This document shows positions 1 to 16,279 of a DNA stretch of 64,000 nt, piece after piece. The stretch spans positions 64,790,001 through 64,854,000 of the forward strand of contig OX597821.1 of the NCBI GenBank assembly GCA_951406725.2. Direction: 5' to 3'. Within the stretch, counting starts at the first letter, position 1, and every line of letters starts with the position of its first letter. The translations under genes and the position numbers were made by a program. Source of the DNA: Octopus vulgaris. Lineage: Eukaryota. The notes under the pieces were generated by a model that worked only from the letters and a program-made list of their open reading frames with translations, was not told where the DNA came from and made no database searches.

Positions 1-118
1 GTCAATAGAATCATTACCAGGCTTTAAAAAATAAGTACTGGATTCATTTAACTAAAACTTGAAAGCGGTGCCCCAGCATGGCCGCAGTCTAATGAGTGAA
101 ACAAGTAAAAGATAAAAT
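1..118 (+). mobile_element. 3' end of SINE family A (tRNA-headed, CORE-like SINE)
   Basis: gcggtgccccagcatggccgcagtctaatgagtgaaacaagtaaaaga matches the 3' end of copies at 13836-14233, 40369-40801 and 59851-60222. Confidence 0.75.
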
Positions 119-154
119 ATCAATTATAAAATATAAAAAAACGAAAAAAACATA

Positions 155-446
155 CAGTAATCCCTCGACTATCGCGGGTGTAACGTTTCAAACACCGCGC
201 GAAAGGTGAAAATCCGTGGCTTTTTGAGCCAAAAAATTAACTTAACTTGACTTAACCAGCACTCTACTGTATATTTATTATTATTATTTTTATAATTTGT
301 ATATATTTATTTTATTATAAATGCAAGACAACATCACGGAGGAATCGAAGCAAGCTTAAAAAAATACCGCGATAAGTGGACTACGATAGGCGAATCACGA
401 TAGGTGAATCGCGATATGTGAACCAGGATATGGTGAGGGATGACTG
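155..446. mobile_element. pogo/Tigger-like MITE
   Basis: TA|CAGTAATCCCTCG ... GAGGGATGACTG|TA: terminal inverted repeat with TA target duplication (153-154, 447-448); no ORF. Confidence 0.75.
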
Positions 447-914
447 TACATGCATTCATGTATATATATACATATGTTTGTTGGGTTAGGGACTAGCTTT
501 GCGCATGTGAGATGAGAGTTGTAATACGTCTTAGATATCAAAAGTTGTAGAAACAGTATTATCTTAGAAAAGAAAACCGCAAGAGTATGCAGTGTCGTTA
601 TTGTGGTATTGGCCTCTATGATATTGCATTGTATAGTTTGTATATCGTTCAGACTGTCTGTGTGTGGGTGGGTGAGGGGTTAGGGTCTGTGTGAGTGGTC
701 AGTGTTGGCTTTAACATGTTTTAATCAAGCGACCAGAGTCGGTGCCAATCTTGTCAAGTGATACACCAGTACAGGAAGCGACACAAAACAACAACACTAT
801 TGAAGTGTACTGTTGTATAAGCAAACACGACTTAGCTTGCTTTCTTTATAAACAATTTCCGGAACACTGAACTGTAGAAACAACATACGTTACTGAAATG
901 AAGACAAGCCGATC

Positions 915-2257
<1,343 letters not shown>

Positions 2258-2579
2258 AAACAAATCGATAACGTCGGGGAAAACAAGAACGGCGAGTAAA
2301 CCAACATTATGGCGATATCTTCAATATGTAGACGAGCAGATGAGAAGAACTAGGATAAATTACACCTGAACAACAACATCAGCAATAACAACAACAACAA
2401 CAACAGCAACAATGAAATGCAACAACAAGAGCTAGAATGATAAAGATGTAAACCATGAAACAATAAAAGTGGAGGAATTTCTTTAGTAAATAGAGTGGAG
2501 AGCCAAGACAATTTTATTGACCGGAAGTTTCGTTTGCCTGCCTAGGTAGATGGAGACAATAAATAAAATCGCACGCTTA

Positions 2580-3310
<731 letters not shown>

Positions 3311-6300
3311 TTTAAAGGCATCCGTACGTATATACAAACCGAAGTATGTCGTTGTACCTGTGCATGCGAGTTTGAAGTTGCTAGCTTAGAAATGCATATC
3401 CCATGCAGAAGATTTGTGGAAATGTACGTATGCTTCTGTATGATGGACTGTAAATTCAGGTAAGCTTTGCTTATTGTGTGTGGGGAGGATCTTCGAAGGT
3501 GGGATGGATGTGTGTGTGTCTGTCTGTGTGTCTGTGTGCGTGCGTTGTGTTTATGTGTGTATGCCTTTATGTGTATCTCTATATATTGTAGCTGTCTTGT
3601 CATCGTTTTCATGCGTATGTGTGATTATGTGTTCAATGTATGGCATCGCTTTAGTAGGACCGAAAGAAATAATACGTAAACCAAATCAAATGAGATTCTA
3701 TCAATTTATATTGCACAACTCATGAATAAAACAGCTGTCTAAATATTTCAATGCTAAAATTGCCGGAAGCCGAGTAAAGAAATCAATTAACAGCAATGTG
3801 TGAAGATGGCATTTCGTCACAGGGGGATTTAATGAATATCGCTTAGATGTTCGTATCATCGTGGAATGTTTCATCAGAAATGGTTTAGCGTCGCATGTAT
3901 CCAACATGTTTCTGACGTAGCTTTTGTGTTGACATTAACGGTGAGAGGTCAGCTGAGCGTTTGTTTCAAATATAAGGGAGTTCAATAGTCGTGGTCGCAT
4001 ACATAAATCTGTATGTGGTAACACTTTTCCACACGTAGATACACTTGCACACACAAACGGACACCCACTCACACAAATATGTACATACATGAATATATAT
4101 ACAAATGTATGTATGCGTATTTATATGTGTTTGTATATACAAGTGGGGGATCATACGCATGCACAATCAAACTCACGTATGTGCAAAGATGTTTAAATAA
4201 GTTTGTGCATGTATGTGTTTGTAATGCGCCATTATGTAATTGTAACGAAAGTCCTGTCCAGGCTCTGAGTCGAAAATGTTGAACAGAATTTAATTTTGTT
4301 CTATCTACATTCGATGTTCAGTTATGTCTACATAAGTAAATCATCTCTTATTCACTTTAGACACATGAACATTATTCAAGAAATTGCTTTCAAGCTGACC
4401 CCATGTTTGACCTGAATAAAGAACTAAATCATCATGTCATCTTCGAGATTCATCGATGCCTCAAAACAAGTGTACGTAAATACACATCTAACGCATTCAT
4501 GGTTAGATGCATTAAATGGCAGAATTTGTTCATGTAGTGATTTTTTTTCTCTAATTCTTAAACGTGTACCGAATGACAAACTAAGAAAGGCCATTCAAGC
4601 AGACCTCACTGAGAGGTATTCCAATCAGATACCATACCGGGTAATTTAATGCTTATGTATTTTCAGTGGGCTAAATAGAGCTCTGTATTGTACATTATAT
4701 TCAGCAACAATATGTTGAATTCTAGTTGGCTAATTGTCCATTTTATAATTTTGTATCATCTCTGCTATACCATTGACTCAAAAGCATATATAATATATAC
4801 ATTTCAAAAGTAACCACCCGGGAAACAATGGTTACATAAATATTCGATATCTTAGCATGTATTTGATGAGTACTTCCATGGAAGTAGTTGCATGGATTTA
4901 TAAACTTCGTTGAGGTTAGTGGTACGTGATGCCAATATTCATGGTTTCTCTTTTGCATTGTAACGTAAGATTGGTATGATACTCACTGAAATACAGACAG
5001 TGAAATGTTTTCACTCTCGAAGATCGTAGTAGAAGCTAATATGTTGTGTTAGGCCAGTGATATCGCTGGAGAAGTAAAAGTATTTTTATTGGAAGTAAAC
5101 TGATGATTAATACGGTGGTGCCGAAAAATGAGGAAGACTGTAGTTTGGCTGAAGAATATTCCATTCTTCTAGTGACGAAACAAACGATGACTTACATTTC
5201 GCGAATTCCAGGTCACATACGAAATAAGTGAACCAAGTTTGAATTAGCAAATGTAGGGAATAATCTGCATTTAGAAATTAAGTGTTATGTTTCTTTGTCC
5301 CCATATGATTGTGTGAATCATGAAAAGTGGAAATGTCTGTGGAAATGTTGCTTGATATTAGCGGAAGTGGTTTAAAACATGATATAAAATTAAATTCCAG
5401 TTCGAGTAGATGGTCTTTCATTTAATTTTCTTTGTGAAGCAAGCTTTGTCATATGAAAATATGTATTATAATAAGAATTTATGAGGTGTATAACTTTTAG
5501 TTATCAATTCAACGAAACAGTTAATAGTGTATTGCACTTCACATGTACATAAGATGTGCAGTCAGCTTTTGCACGTAATTTGCATTATTAGTGTTGAAAC
5601 TGTGATACTTCGCTGTTCCATGGATCTATACTATCTAAAGACACGAGAAAAAGTTTCTGGATAATTTACAAGTACAGGTCTATTGGATGCAGCTCTGAAT
5701 CAGGAGACATTTTCATAGAAGAGTAATAAGGATATGTCTCTCGCAATATCCGCTCTGTCCCAAAACCAAGAAACACATTGACAATATGCGTTGCAATTTA
5801 GACACCTTGAAAAAAACTAGTTTCACCAACTTTGAAAATGAAGGAAAAAATTTAAATACACATCAGATTACCCGGAAAGCTAGATTTTCCTGCCTATTGT
5901 CATTCAATGATTTATTAATTTCTAGCACTATTGACCAAATGTCAGCCCAAATTTTCAACTTACTTTGATTTCTTTAATGGAAATAATTGGAGCACATTTG
6001 AAAGACTCTTTTATTTCATTATCTAAGTAGCATATTTTCAGTTTTGATTCTCAATGTCGCAACTGAATTTCATTATTCAGGTGAAAAAGTATGAGTCATC
6101 ATTGAAATTTTCATTAAAAATTTTGAAGTAAAAATTAATTAGTAAAATGGTGTTCGTTCCAGATAAATACTCGCGCACACACACTCACCTACACACACTC
6201 ACACACACACACACACACGCAGACACATACACACTCTCAGGCATGTGAGAGTGTGTCAACTTACATTAGTCTAATAAAACTTGCCCAAGAAATATATGTC

Positions 6301-6342
6301 TTTTTTCTCAGAAGTATTAAAATTTCATTTTTTTGTCTCAGG

Positions 6343-8200
<1,858 letters not shown>

Positions 8201-8795
8201 TAGATATAAATACGTGTGTATACAAACGTAAGTTATGTGGTTTTCTGAATGTATTCATATGCGTTTATGTGTATCTCTTATAGATATTTGCCGTATGCAT
8301 ATATAATTATTTAATTACTTATACTCTTATTCAATTCAATTCTATTTATTGTCATCGTGTTACAAATAAAATGAACATACATCCCACACAAAGAAAACAC
8401 ACTTGCGTACACAAAAAGAATTAACATATACACATGTATTTATACATCCAAACATATATATATATATATATATATAGGGTTGGAGAGAGGGAGAGAGAGA
8501 GAGACTGTGGTTGTAATGACTCAATGCTGAAGAGATGACAGTATTGTAAGATAAGGTATTTATTATGTTCATTATAGGTTTAAGAGAAAGCAACTGTTGT
8601 ATTTTAGCTTGATATTGCAAAGCAAACGAATAAACGAGTACATAATTGTGATTGACGATGAAGTGAGTCTTGGTTCTTAGTTTCAATTTGCCATTTTATC
8701 CTTTGACATTTTTTTCTCTTCTTTCTTTTTTTTACCTGAAGATATCTGCAGATTGTCTGTTTATGTTACGTTGATATTGAAAATCAAGTAAGAAG

Positions 8796-9111
8796 CGAAC
8801 GTCCATGGCTCGGGATCTCTGTTACACTGGGGCTCTATCCAAAAGTACCCGACTCTATTTTACCGATTAGTGTTCTCTTTAACTTTCTCGGGAAATAAAC
8901 AATAACAGTCTCCAAATTTAGTGTATCGATGCTTCTTGCGGAAACCACACTTTCGAATGTCCATGGCTCGGGATCTCTGTTACACTGGAGCTCTATCCAA
9001 ATGTACCCGACTCTATTTTACCGATTAGTGTTCTCTTTAACTTTCTCGGGAAATAAACAATAACAGTCTCCAAATTTAGTGTATCGATGCTTCTTGCGGA
9101 AACCACACTTT
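8796..9111. repeat. 158-bp direct tandem duplication (2 copies)
   Basis: gtccatggctcgggatctct...gaaaccacactt starts at 8801 and again at 8959; only a few substitutions. Confidence 0.95.
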
Positions 9112-9239
9112 AAACATTTCAGCATTTCCCTGACTATAAATGCTTTTATGATTTCTACATTAAATAATACAAATCACCGAATCAAGCATCTCTTTTAACT
9201 TTCTGCCTCGCTCCCCTCTGTATCTATGTATGTATACAT

Positions 9240-9436
9240 ATAGGGGGGATTTCACAAAAAAACAACAACAAAAGACGAGGACAGGTGGTGTAGAAAACAA
9301 ACTGATGTATTATTATAATGCTCGGGAATTTAAAAGTTCTTTAACGTTTCAAGCCTACGCTCTTCCACAGAAAGAAACAAGGAGAGAAACAATGAAAAAA
9401 AAACATGTGTGTAGTGGCTAACGATCTATCATGGCG
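9240..9436 (-). mobile_element. Penelope-like terminal repeat (pLTR) fragment with degenerate minimal hammerhead motif
   Basis: - strand reads CTTT CTGTGGA AGAGCGTAGGCTT GAAA CG TT AAAG; homologous to 31070-31262 and 25620-25745. Confidence 0.6.
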
Positions 9437-9443
9437 AGTATAC

Positions 9444-9517
<74 letters not shown>

Positions 9518-9586
9518 ATCTATATCTATATCTATCTATATCTATATATATATATATATATATATATCTATATCTATCTATCTATC

Positions 9587-9618
<32 letters not shown>

Positions 9619-9639
9619 TTCATGTATGTGTGTATATGT

Positions 9640-9835
9640 TCGTGTGTCTGTGTTTGTCCCCCCCTACATCACTTGACATCTGATGCTGGTGCGTTTACGT
9701 CCCCATAACCTAGCAGTTCGGCATAGGCGACCGATAGAATAGGTACTAGGCTTACAAAGAATACGTCCTGGAGTCAATTTGCTCGATTAAAAGCGGTGCT
9801 CCAGCATAGCCGCACTCAAATGACTGGAACACATA
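9640..9835 (+). mobile_element. SINE family A, 3' half
   Basis: gtgtctgtgtttgtcccccc...gaccgatagaataggtactaggcttacaaagaat...gcggtgctccagcatagccgcac. Confidence 0.85.
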
Positions 9836-9894
9836 AATATATTTATATGCATAGCTGAACGATTAAAATTAATCAAAGGACATACTTAGTATGT

Positions 9895-10306
9895 CTACCA
9901 CTAAAAGGAGCTTGTATGACCGAGTCCATTATTTATGAAGCCACGTAAATTCCACGAACACTAATAGTACCGATTCATCCAAGAGATATGTAGGTCTCGC
10001 TGAAGGAGATATCAAAGAAAGATTCAACAATCATACCTCAAGCTTCAGGCACTGGAATAAACGAAGAACTGCCCAATTGTATAGTTATTTATGGTACTTA
10101 AAAGAACAAAATGTCAACTACAGGATTTACTGGAAGACCCTAGCCAAGTGTAAACCTAATACCAACGGTAGTGGGAAGTGCGGTCTTTGAAATAAGGAAA
10201 GGTAGCTCATCTGGAAAAGTTCTTCGGACCCCGCTACAAATTTAAATTCAAGAACTGAACGTTTAGGATCATGTCCATGTGTCACAAAATACCTGTTACA
10301 GTTTTG
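9895..10306 (+). pseudogene. Penelope-like element GIY-YIG endonuclease relic
   Basis: Manual translation PLKGACMTESIIYEAT / KRYVGLAEGDIKERFNNHTSSFRH...LYSYLWYLKEQNVNYRIYWKTL...KCGL*NKER*LI...LNSRTE...CPC: IIY/YVG motifs, conserved Arg, His, Glu and LN.R.E..C tail of PLE GIY-YIG; one frameshift and stops. Confidence 0.85.
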
Positions 10307-11208
10307 GGCCCCCCGAGATCACGGCTCGTATCCAAATTTCTACGATGCTCCTGCACAAGGTTTCCCATAAGTTTTAACTGCCATTAATGTTTTAATTTTT
10401 ATTTTTTATTTTTTATATACTTTTTTCAATATTTCCTTTTTCTTTTTTAATTGCGTCAGTGTGTACATGTATATGTATGTATATATATATTATATGTATA
10501 TGTGTGTACGTGTGTATGTGCGTATGTATGTATGTATGTATATGAGTATGAGACTGTGTCCGGTGCATATGTGCGACTTTCATGCACACGCTCCCTTCAT
10601 TTATACGGATAAGTTTATGCCTGTATATATGCAGGAGTGTGAATGTATGTCTGTGTATATGTACGTATATTTACATGTATAAATGTCTAAACATGTAGGT
10701 ACTATGTTAACACACGCGCGCGCACACACACATACACACATATATATATATGTATGCGTGTGTGTGTCGATATGTGTGTATGTATATGGTGTCAAATATT
10801 AGTTCAGAAAAATGTATTCAAATCAAGTGATAGAGTCTTTGACAATGATAAAAAGTTTGAGGCTTTCTGTATCTTCTGTGATTAGTCAAAAAATAGTTTA
10901 ACAGATCAATAACAGATTTTTTTCATAATGATAAGATGAAAATTACTTTACGCGAATGTATCCCTATCAAGTAATAGAGTCTTTTCCCACGGAAGGAGTA
11001 CAGTAGTTCAGTTATAGAAATTGAAATATCTTTCGTGGGGCAGCTGGGGTAGTTGCTGCTGCTTTTGTTATTGATATTAATGGTTCGGTTTAAAGGTGTT
11101 GCCCAAACTGGGACAGTAGTAGCATTCAGCTTGTGGGTTTAGCTGCTCTGCTGGTGACCCAAATAAAGGAAAGAAAGGAGGAAATTTGATGGCAAGCTGG
11201 TCCCACAG

Positions 11209-11290
<82 letters not shown>

Positions 11291-11296
11291 TAATAA

Positions 11297-11855
11297 TAAA
11301 TGCCCTGATGCAGTACCAGGCAGTGGCTCTCATGGCTTCTGATCTTAACTGATTGGAAGTGTTATCATGTACATTGTTTTGTCTTGGTATAAAAGATGGG
11401 CTACAGCAAATATTCTGCTCAATACCACAGATTTGCTTGTCAGTTGTTTGACCTTAACCAGTTGAGCATGTCCCTTAGTGGCTGACGATATGTGCATCTC
11501 TGATCACGAGCAGAAGTAGTGGGGGAGCATCATAGCCATGTGTTGAGAGGGTTTCTTTGGGGTTTCAATAGTTCACCTCTGGAAACATGGGTGGTTCTTT
11601 CAACATCCTTAAACAACCCTTATTCAGGGACCGTTTGAGCGGGATGGGCTACTCAACCTGAAGAAAATTCTAACTGGGCCCCACCTGCAAGGTCATGTGC
11701 TGTTTATCTTGATATGAGATCACCATGTCGCGCACATATGGTTGTGATGCATGTGCCTGGTGTACCTTTATCAGACGGGTAGTCATGATGGGTATATTGG
11801 GCTTCGTATATTTTACCCCAGTGTCACTTTGATGGCATGCACTGCTCTCTCACTC
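11297..11855 (+). mobile_element. ~560-bp retroposon inserted in (AAT)n; possible Dong/R4-type non-autonomous element
   Basis: Highly similar full-length copy at 41286-41844; both start aaatgccctgatgc, end ctctctca(c/g)tc and are flanked by AAT-type tracts. Confidence 0.75.
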
Positions 11856-11876
11856 AATAATAATAATAATAATAAT

Positions 11877-12092
11877 GGGTTCAACTTCTGTAACAAGGGC
11901 AGCCATTTTTTAAAGGAGAAGATACGTCGATTACATCGACCCCAGTGTTTCACTGGTACTTAATTTATCGACCCTGAAAGGATGAAAGGCAAAATCAACC
12001 TCGGTGGAATTTGAACTCAGAACATAGCGAAAGGCGAAATACCTTTAAGCATTTCTTCCAGCGTGCTAATGATTTTGTCAGCTCGCTGCCTT
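11877..12092 (-). mobile_element. SINE family B (tRNA head; central gcctttcatcctttcggggtcgat...agtaccag domain)
   Basis: Reverse complement of the aaggcggcgagctggcag...gttctgagttcaaattccgccgagg consensus seen at 39785. Confidence 0.8.
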
Positions 12093-12117
12093 AATAATAA
12101 TAATGATAGTAATAATG

Positions 12118-12223
<106 letters not shown>

Positions 12224-12904
12224 TAATAATAATCGACAAAACAGTACAACTATCGCATAAACGACACATATTTCTTTTTCTTCAATTTCTTAGATTTATC
12301 GGATTTCTCGAAGAAAATCTGAAATCCTCTAAAAACATTATGTTATCTAATTTATAACATGTTATCTTCAGTCGAATTTCCTACGCACTAATTTTATTTC
12401 AACTTTTATTACTTGGATATTTGTTTTATTTTTTCAGATTTTGTTTTCATTAGTTTTTCCCTATTATCCTTTAGTTCTAAAGAAACGAAATCATATTTAC
12501 TCTTACCAAATAAGTACTCTTTATTGGGTAAACAGCATTACACTTAGTGCTAAGTGTATTTACAGCATTATTGTTTTTTTATATTTTTTTTACAGTTAGT
12601 CTAGTTTAAGATTTAACAGTATTTTCCGATTGTATTTGTGTTATTATACTGTAATGATAACATTACGTTTTTGAACTGCTTTTTTTATTCTATATTACAT
12701 GATACCCTACTCAGATCATAAATGTTAGCTATCTTTAATCTATGGCAATTTATGTCATTCGTGTATTGTACTAACAGTATCAAGATTGCGAAAAAGATCA
12801 CATTTCCAGAAAAAAAAAACACTTGTTCAATTAAAATCGTTATTATCTATTAATTCCTATTTATTTTCCATTAGATTTTGAATACCACTAGCAAAAAGTT
12901 CGTT

Positions 12905-13130
12905 CCCAAGTCATGCCGGCATAAGGGCCGATTTCTCGGTTTCCATGGCGAACACATTCCCCACCTAGACAGGACGCAGGGTTACTCGAAATTGCCAGCT
13001 GAGTGGACTGAAGCAACCTGAAATGAAGTACTTTGCTCAAGAACACATCGCGTTGCCCAGTCCAGGAATCGAAACCATAATATTACGATCATGCATCCGA
13101 CACCCTAACCAATAAGCCACGCGCCTCCAC
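12905..13130 (-). mobile_element. SINE family C (tRNA-derived)
   Basis: - strand gtggaggcgcgtggcttattggttagggtg...ggtttcgattcctgg (A/B box-like)...cttgagcaaagtacttcatttc. Confidence 0.8.
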
Positions 13131-13177
13131 AATACCACCATATTTACTTACAATAAGAAAAAAAATAAAGTTTCATT

Positions 13178-13356
13178 CTCGCGCCATACCGACTCACAAG
13201 GGCCGGTTTCCATGGCGTATGTATATATATTCGCTAACTGGACGGGGCACCGGTCCGTCGCATGATTACACATTTTTGCCTGCTGAGTCGTCCAGTCCAC
13301 GAATCGAAACCACTATCTTATGATCATGAGTCCAACACCCTAACCACTAAGCCACA
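13178..13356 (-). mobile_element. SINE family C, internally deleted copy
   Basis: gtggcttagtggttagggtgttggactcatgatc...gtggtttcgattc on - strand; shares aagggccggtttccatggcg tail with the previous copy. Confidence 0.7.
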
Positions 13357-13748
13357 TCCACCCGCCTTTAGTGAGGGAAGGCCATAACTCAAAAGGCCCA
13401 CTCCTAATGGACGGAGCAGCTAGATCTGTCATAAAAACAGAAGGGCGCACTAGACGATGTAGCGTTGGTTAGTAGAGAGGATGCTTGTAGATGGAATATT
13501 TTGATAGTAAGGTTGACTCAGGTTAAACAATAACAACCCTGAGGTAAAAAAAAAAATCGTTCTTCACATTCAATAATATACACTTATATCGAAGTCAAAA
13601 CACCCTACACAGACACCAACTTACACAAATTACTATCAGTCTTTCTTTTAGCAGTTCATTATTACTGGACTTTCCGTATGTGTACATACATACATACATA
13701 CATACATACATACATACATACATACATACATACACATACATACATACA

Positions 13749-13796
<48 letters not shown>

Positions 13797-13835
13797 CATA
13801 CATACACACATACACACATATATATATATATATAT

Positions 13836-13999
13836 GGCGCAAGGGGAATCTTTGTAATGAGAAGCTTGCTTACGAACCGCATGATTCCGGGTTCAGTCCC
13901 ACTGCGTGACACCTTCGGCGAGTCTCTTCTACTTTAGCCTCGGACCGAATAAAGCCTTCTGTGTGAATTTGGTAGACGGAAACTGAAAGAATCCCGTCG

Positions 14000-14049
<50 letters not shown>

Positions 14050-14233
14050 TGTGTGTGTGTTTGTCGCCCCTCTACCGCTTGACAGCCGATGTTGGTGTGT
14101 TTGCATCGCCGTAATTTATGGTTCGGCGAAAGAAACCTATAGAATAAGTACTAGGCTTACAAAGAATCGATTCGTTCGACTAAAAGTCGTACTCCAGCAC
14201 GGCTGCAGTCAAATGACTGAAGCAAATAAAAAA
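13836..14233 (+). mobile_element. SINE family A, near full length, with internal (TA)(TG) microsatellite
   Basis: tRNA-like head (ccgggttcagtcccactgcg), tttggtagacggaaactgaaaga body, family 3' tail. Confidence 0.88.
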
Positions 14234-14339
14234 ATATGTGTGTGTGTGTGTGTGTGTACTCTTTTACTTTTTTACTCCTTTCGGCAATGCGGCTGCAGTT
14301 ATCCTGGAGCACCACCGTGGACATTCTGATTTCTTCAAT

Positions 14340-16050
14340 CAAGGGTGTTTCTCATTATCACTCCTGTATGCGCTTTTGTCCCAGCTGTTGGCCCATTTGA
14401 TGTATAAGGGAGTTTGATTCCGCTGCCCTCGTCTGCGCCTCATGTCGGGATGTTAGTTCATACGGTATTGTGGAGAGGAAGAAGTCTAGATCCGTTTTGT
14501 AGACATCTACTTACACCTTATGCAGATTTCTCGTCTTTTGTTGCAGGGTATTAAAGAGCTGTGGGCCTTTGAAACCTAGGCTATTGCAGGACTGGTCCTC
14601 AATTTAGATGGAGTGGATGGTACATTTGGCACAATAAAAAGCCGAAGAATTATGGCATTTGTATAAACCTCAATGCCGAAATTATGTACTAGCCATCCTC
14701 CAGTTTTCCATCTGTAGATTATTGCATATCTCCCTTGCCTTTGCTTCAAGGTGTAAGGTTACAGTTTTCTCAGCCTATCCCCGTAGCTCATCCGCTGCAC
14801 TGTTTAAATCATTTTTGTGTAGTGGCATTGGACTGCTTCAAACTCCGCTGTTAGTTTGGCACCATGTGGTGACCATAACTGAGAGCAGTAGTCCAGGAGG
14901 CTGAGAACAAAGGTTCTCCACAGGGTCAACAGAGTTTCCTGGTCTCTTGTCTTGAAGGGCGTCAGTATCCATCCTGCCAGATGTCTGCACTTTGCTGCCA
15001 TATAAAATGATGAATCGTTGCACATACTGATACCCATATTTTTCACTTCCTAGGACTCTGGGGTTGTAGTGCCTTCTGGTCCTGTAGTGCATTCATGAGT
15101 TCACAGTGCAGTGTTTGAAATTTTCCAGCATTAAATTGCATATTGTTTATTTCGATCCACTTTTATATCGAATTCCGGTCCAGCTGTAAGCTTGTGACGT
15201 CATCTTAGCTTTTTATTGCCTGTGATAATTTCTTTATCATCGGCATAGCTAGTGACATTGGCTGTTCGAGTGAGTGTGGGCATCTCTAAGAAAGCTATTA
15301 CGAACATTTATGTTTCGTTGGGGATCGCTACTTAGGATTTTAGTTTCCTCAGAAAGAGCATCGTTGGTTGCAACTACCTGACTTCTGTCTTTCAGGAAGT
15401 CATGCAGCCATCTTCTCAGTTTACCAGCAATGCCAAAGTATCGTAACTTTATATATATCATGCCATCAAAAGTCTTTGCAAAGTCAAGGTATATCACGCT
15501 GACATCTGTAAGGTTAAGTAGCTGTTTCAAAACCCAGTCATAGTGTTGTTTGTGGTAGTATCTTCCTGGGCGGAAGCCATGCAATGTATTGTTCAGTAGG
15601 TCATTCTGATGATTCGTTCCATGACTTTTCTGATATGTGAAATCAGAGTAATTAGCCTGTAGTTTTTGGCCTTTGTTCTACTTACCCCTTTGTAGATAGG
15701 ACATATATTGCCTTCATTCAGCTTTTTAGGAAGTTTACCACTTACAAGGAAACATTGGGAAAATATTTGAGGTTGATTCGCTAAAGCCTTCTTTCATGAC
15801 TACAGAAGAATAGCAGCGAAGCTATCCGGACCAGCCGCGGGGCATGGGCTCATTTCATCTATGGCCGCTGTTACATCTGTCTTTTCAATGTTTATGTAAT
15901 CGATGTTGTATCTGCACGTGTCCAATGGGGTGGGGGGAATGAAGACACTTTTAAATTGTTCACTGAGTATCTCACTTCTCCTTCCTGGGTCCGCTGTCAG
16001 TAATTCCTTCCCTTGAAACAATGGTCTTATTTTATATTGTACTGTTGTTG
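14340..16050 (-). pseudogene. CR1-clade LINE ORF2 (reverse transcriptase) fragment, decayed
   Basis: - strand motifs AAGPD, HGFRPGR, VIYLDFAKTFD, SYADD (15236-15250), LDYCSQLWSP, NSLGFKGPQLFN; many stops and frameshifts. Confidence 0.88.
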
Positions 16051-16089
16051 ATTCCTTTGCGAATTTATAGAAAGCTTTATATAATTTAA

Positions 16090-16161
16090 CTTTGCATAAA
16101 ACAAGAGACGAAGACAGCTGTAGGAACAATACGCTGGTGTATTAGTTTAACGCTCCGGAAG

Positions 16162-16162
<1 letters not shown>
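16090..16162 (-). mobile_element. Short pLTR 3' fragment (same family as 25620-25745)
   Basis: aaaacaagagacgaagacagctg...tgtattagtttaacgctc resembles 25635-25695. Confidence 0.5.
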
Positions 16163-16196
<34 letters not shown>

Positions 16197-16279
16197 GGTC
16201 CCGGGTTGATTCGGGGTTAACCACAGTAAGTAAGGTACTCAATACATAGCAGAGTAAAATTAATTTATTATATAGAAGG

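Noticed and set aside
4361-4537. Open frame after a ttcactttag acceptor-like site (THEHYSRNCFQADPMF...)
   Set aside because: No recognisable motif or convincing donor; expected by chance
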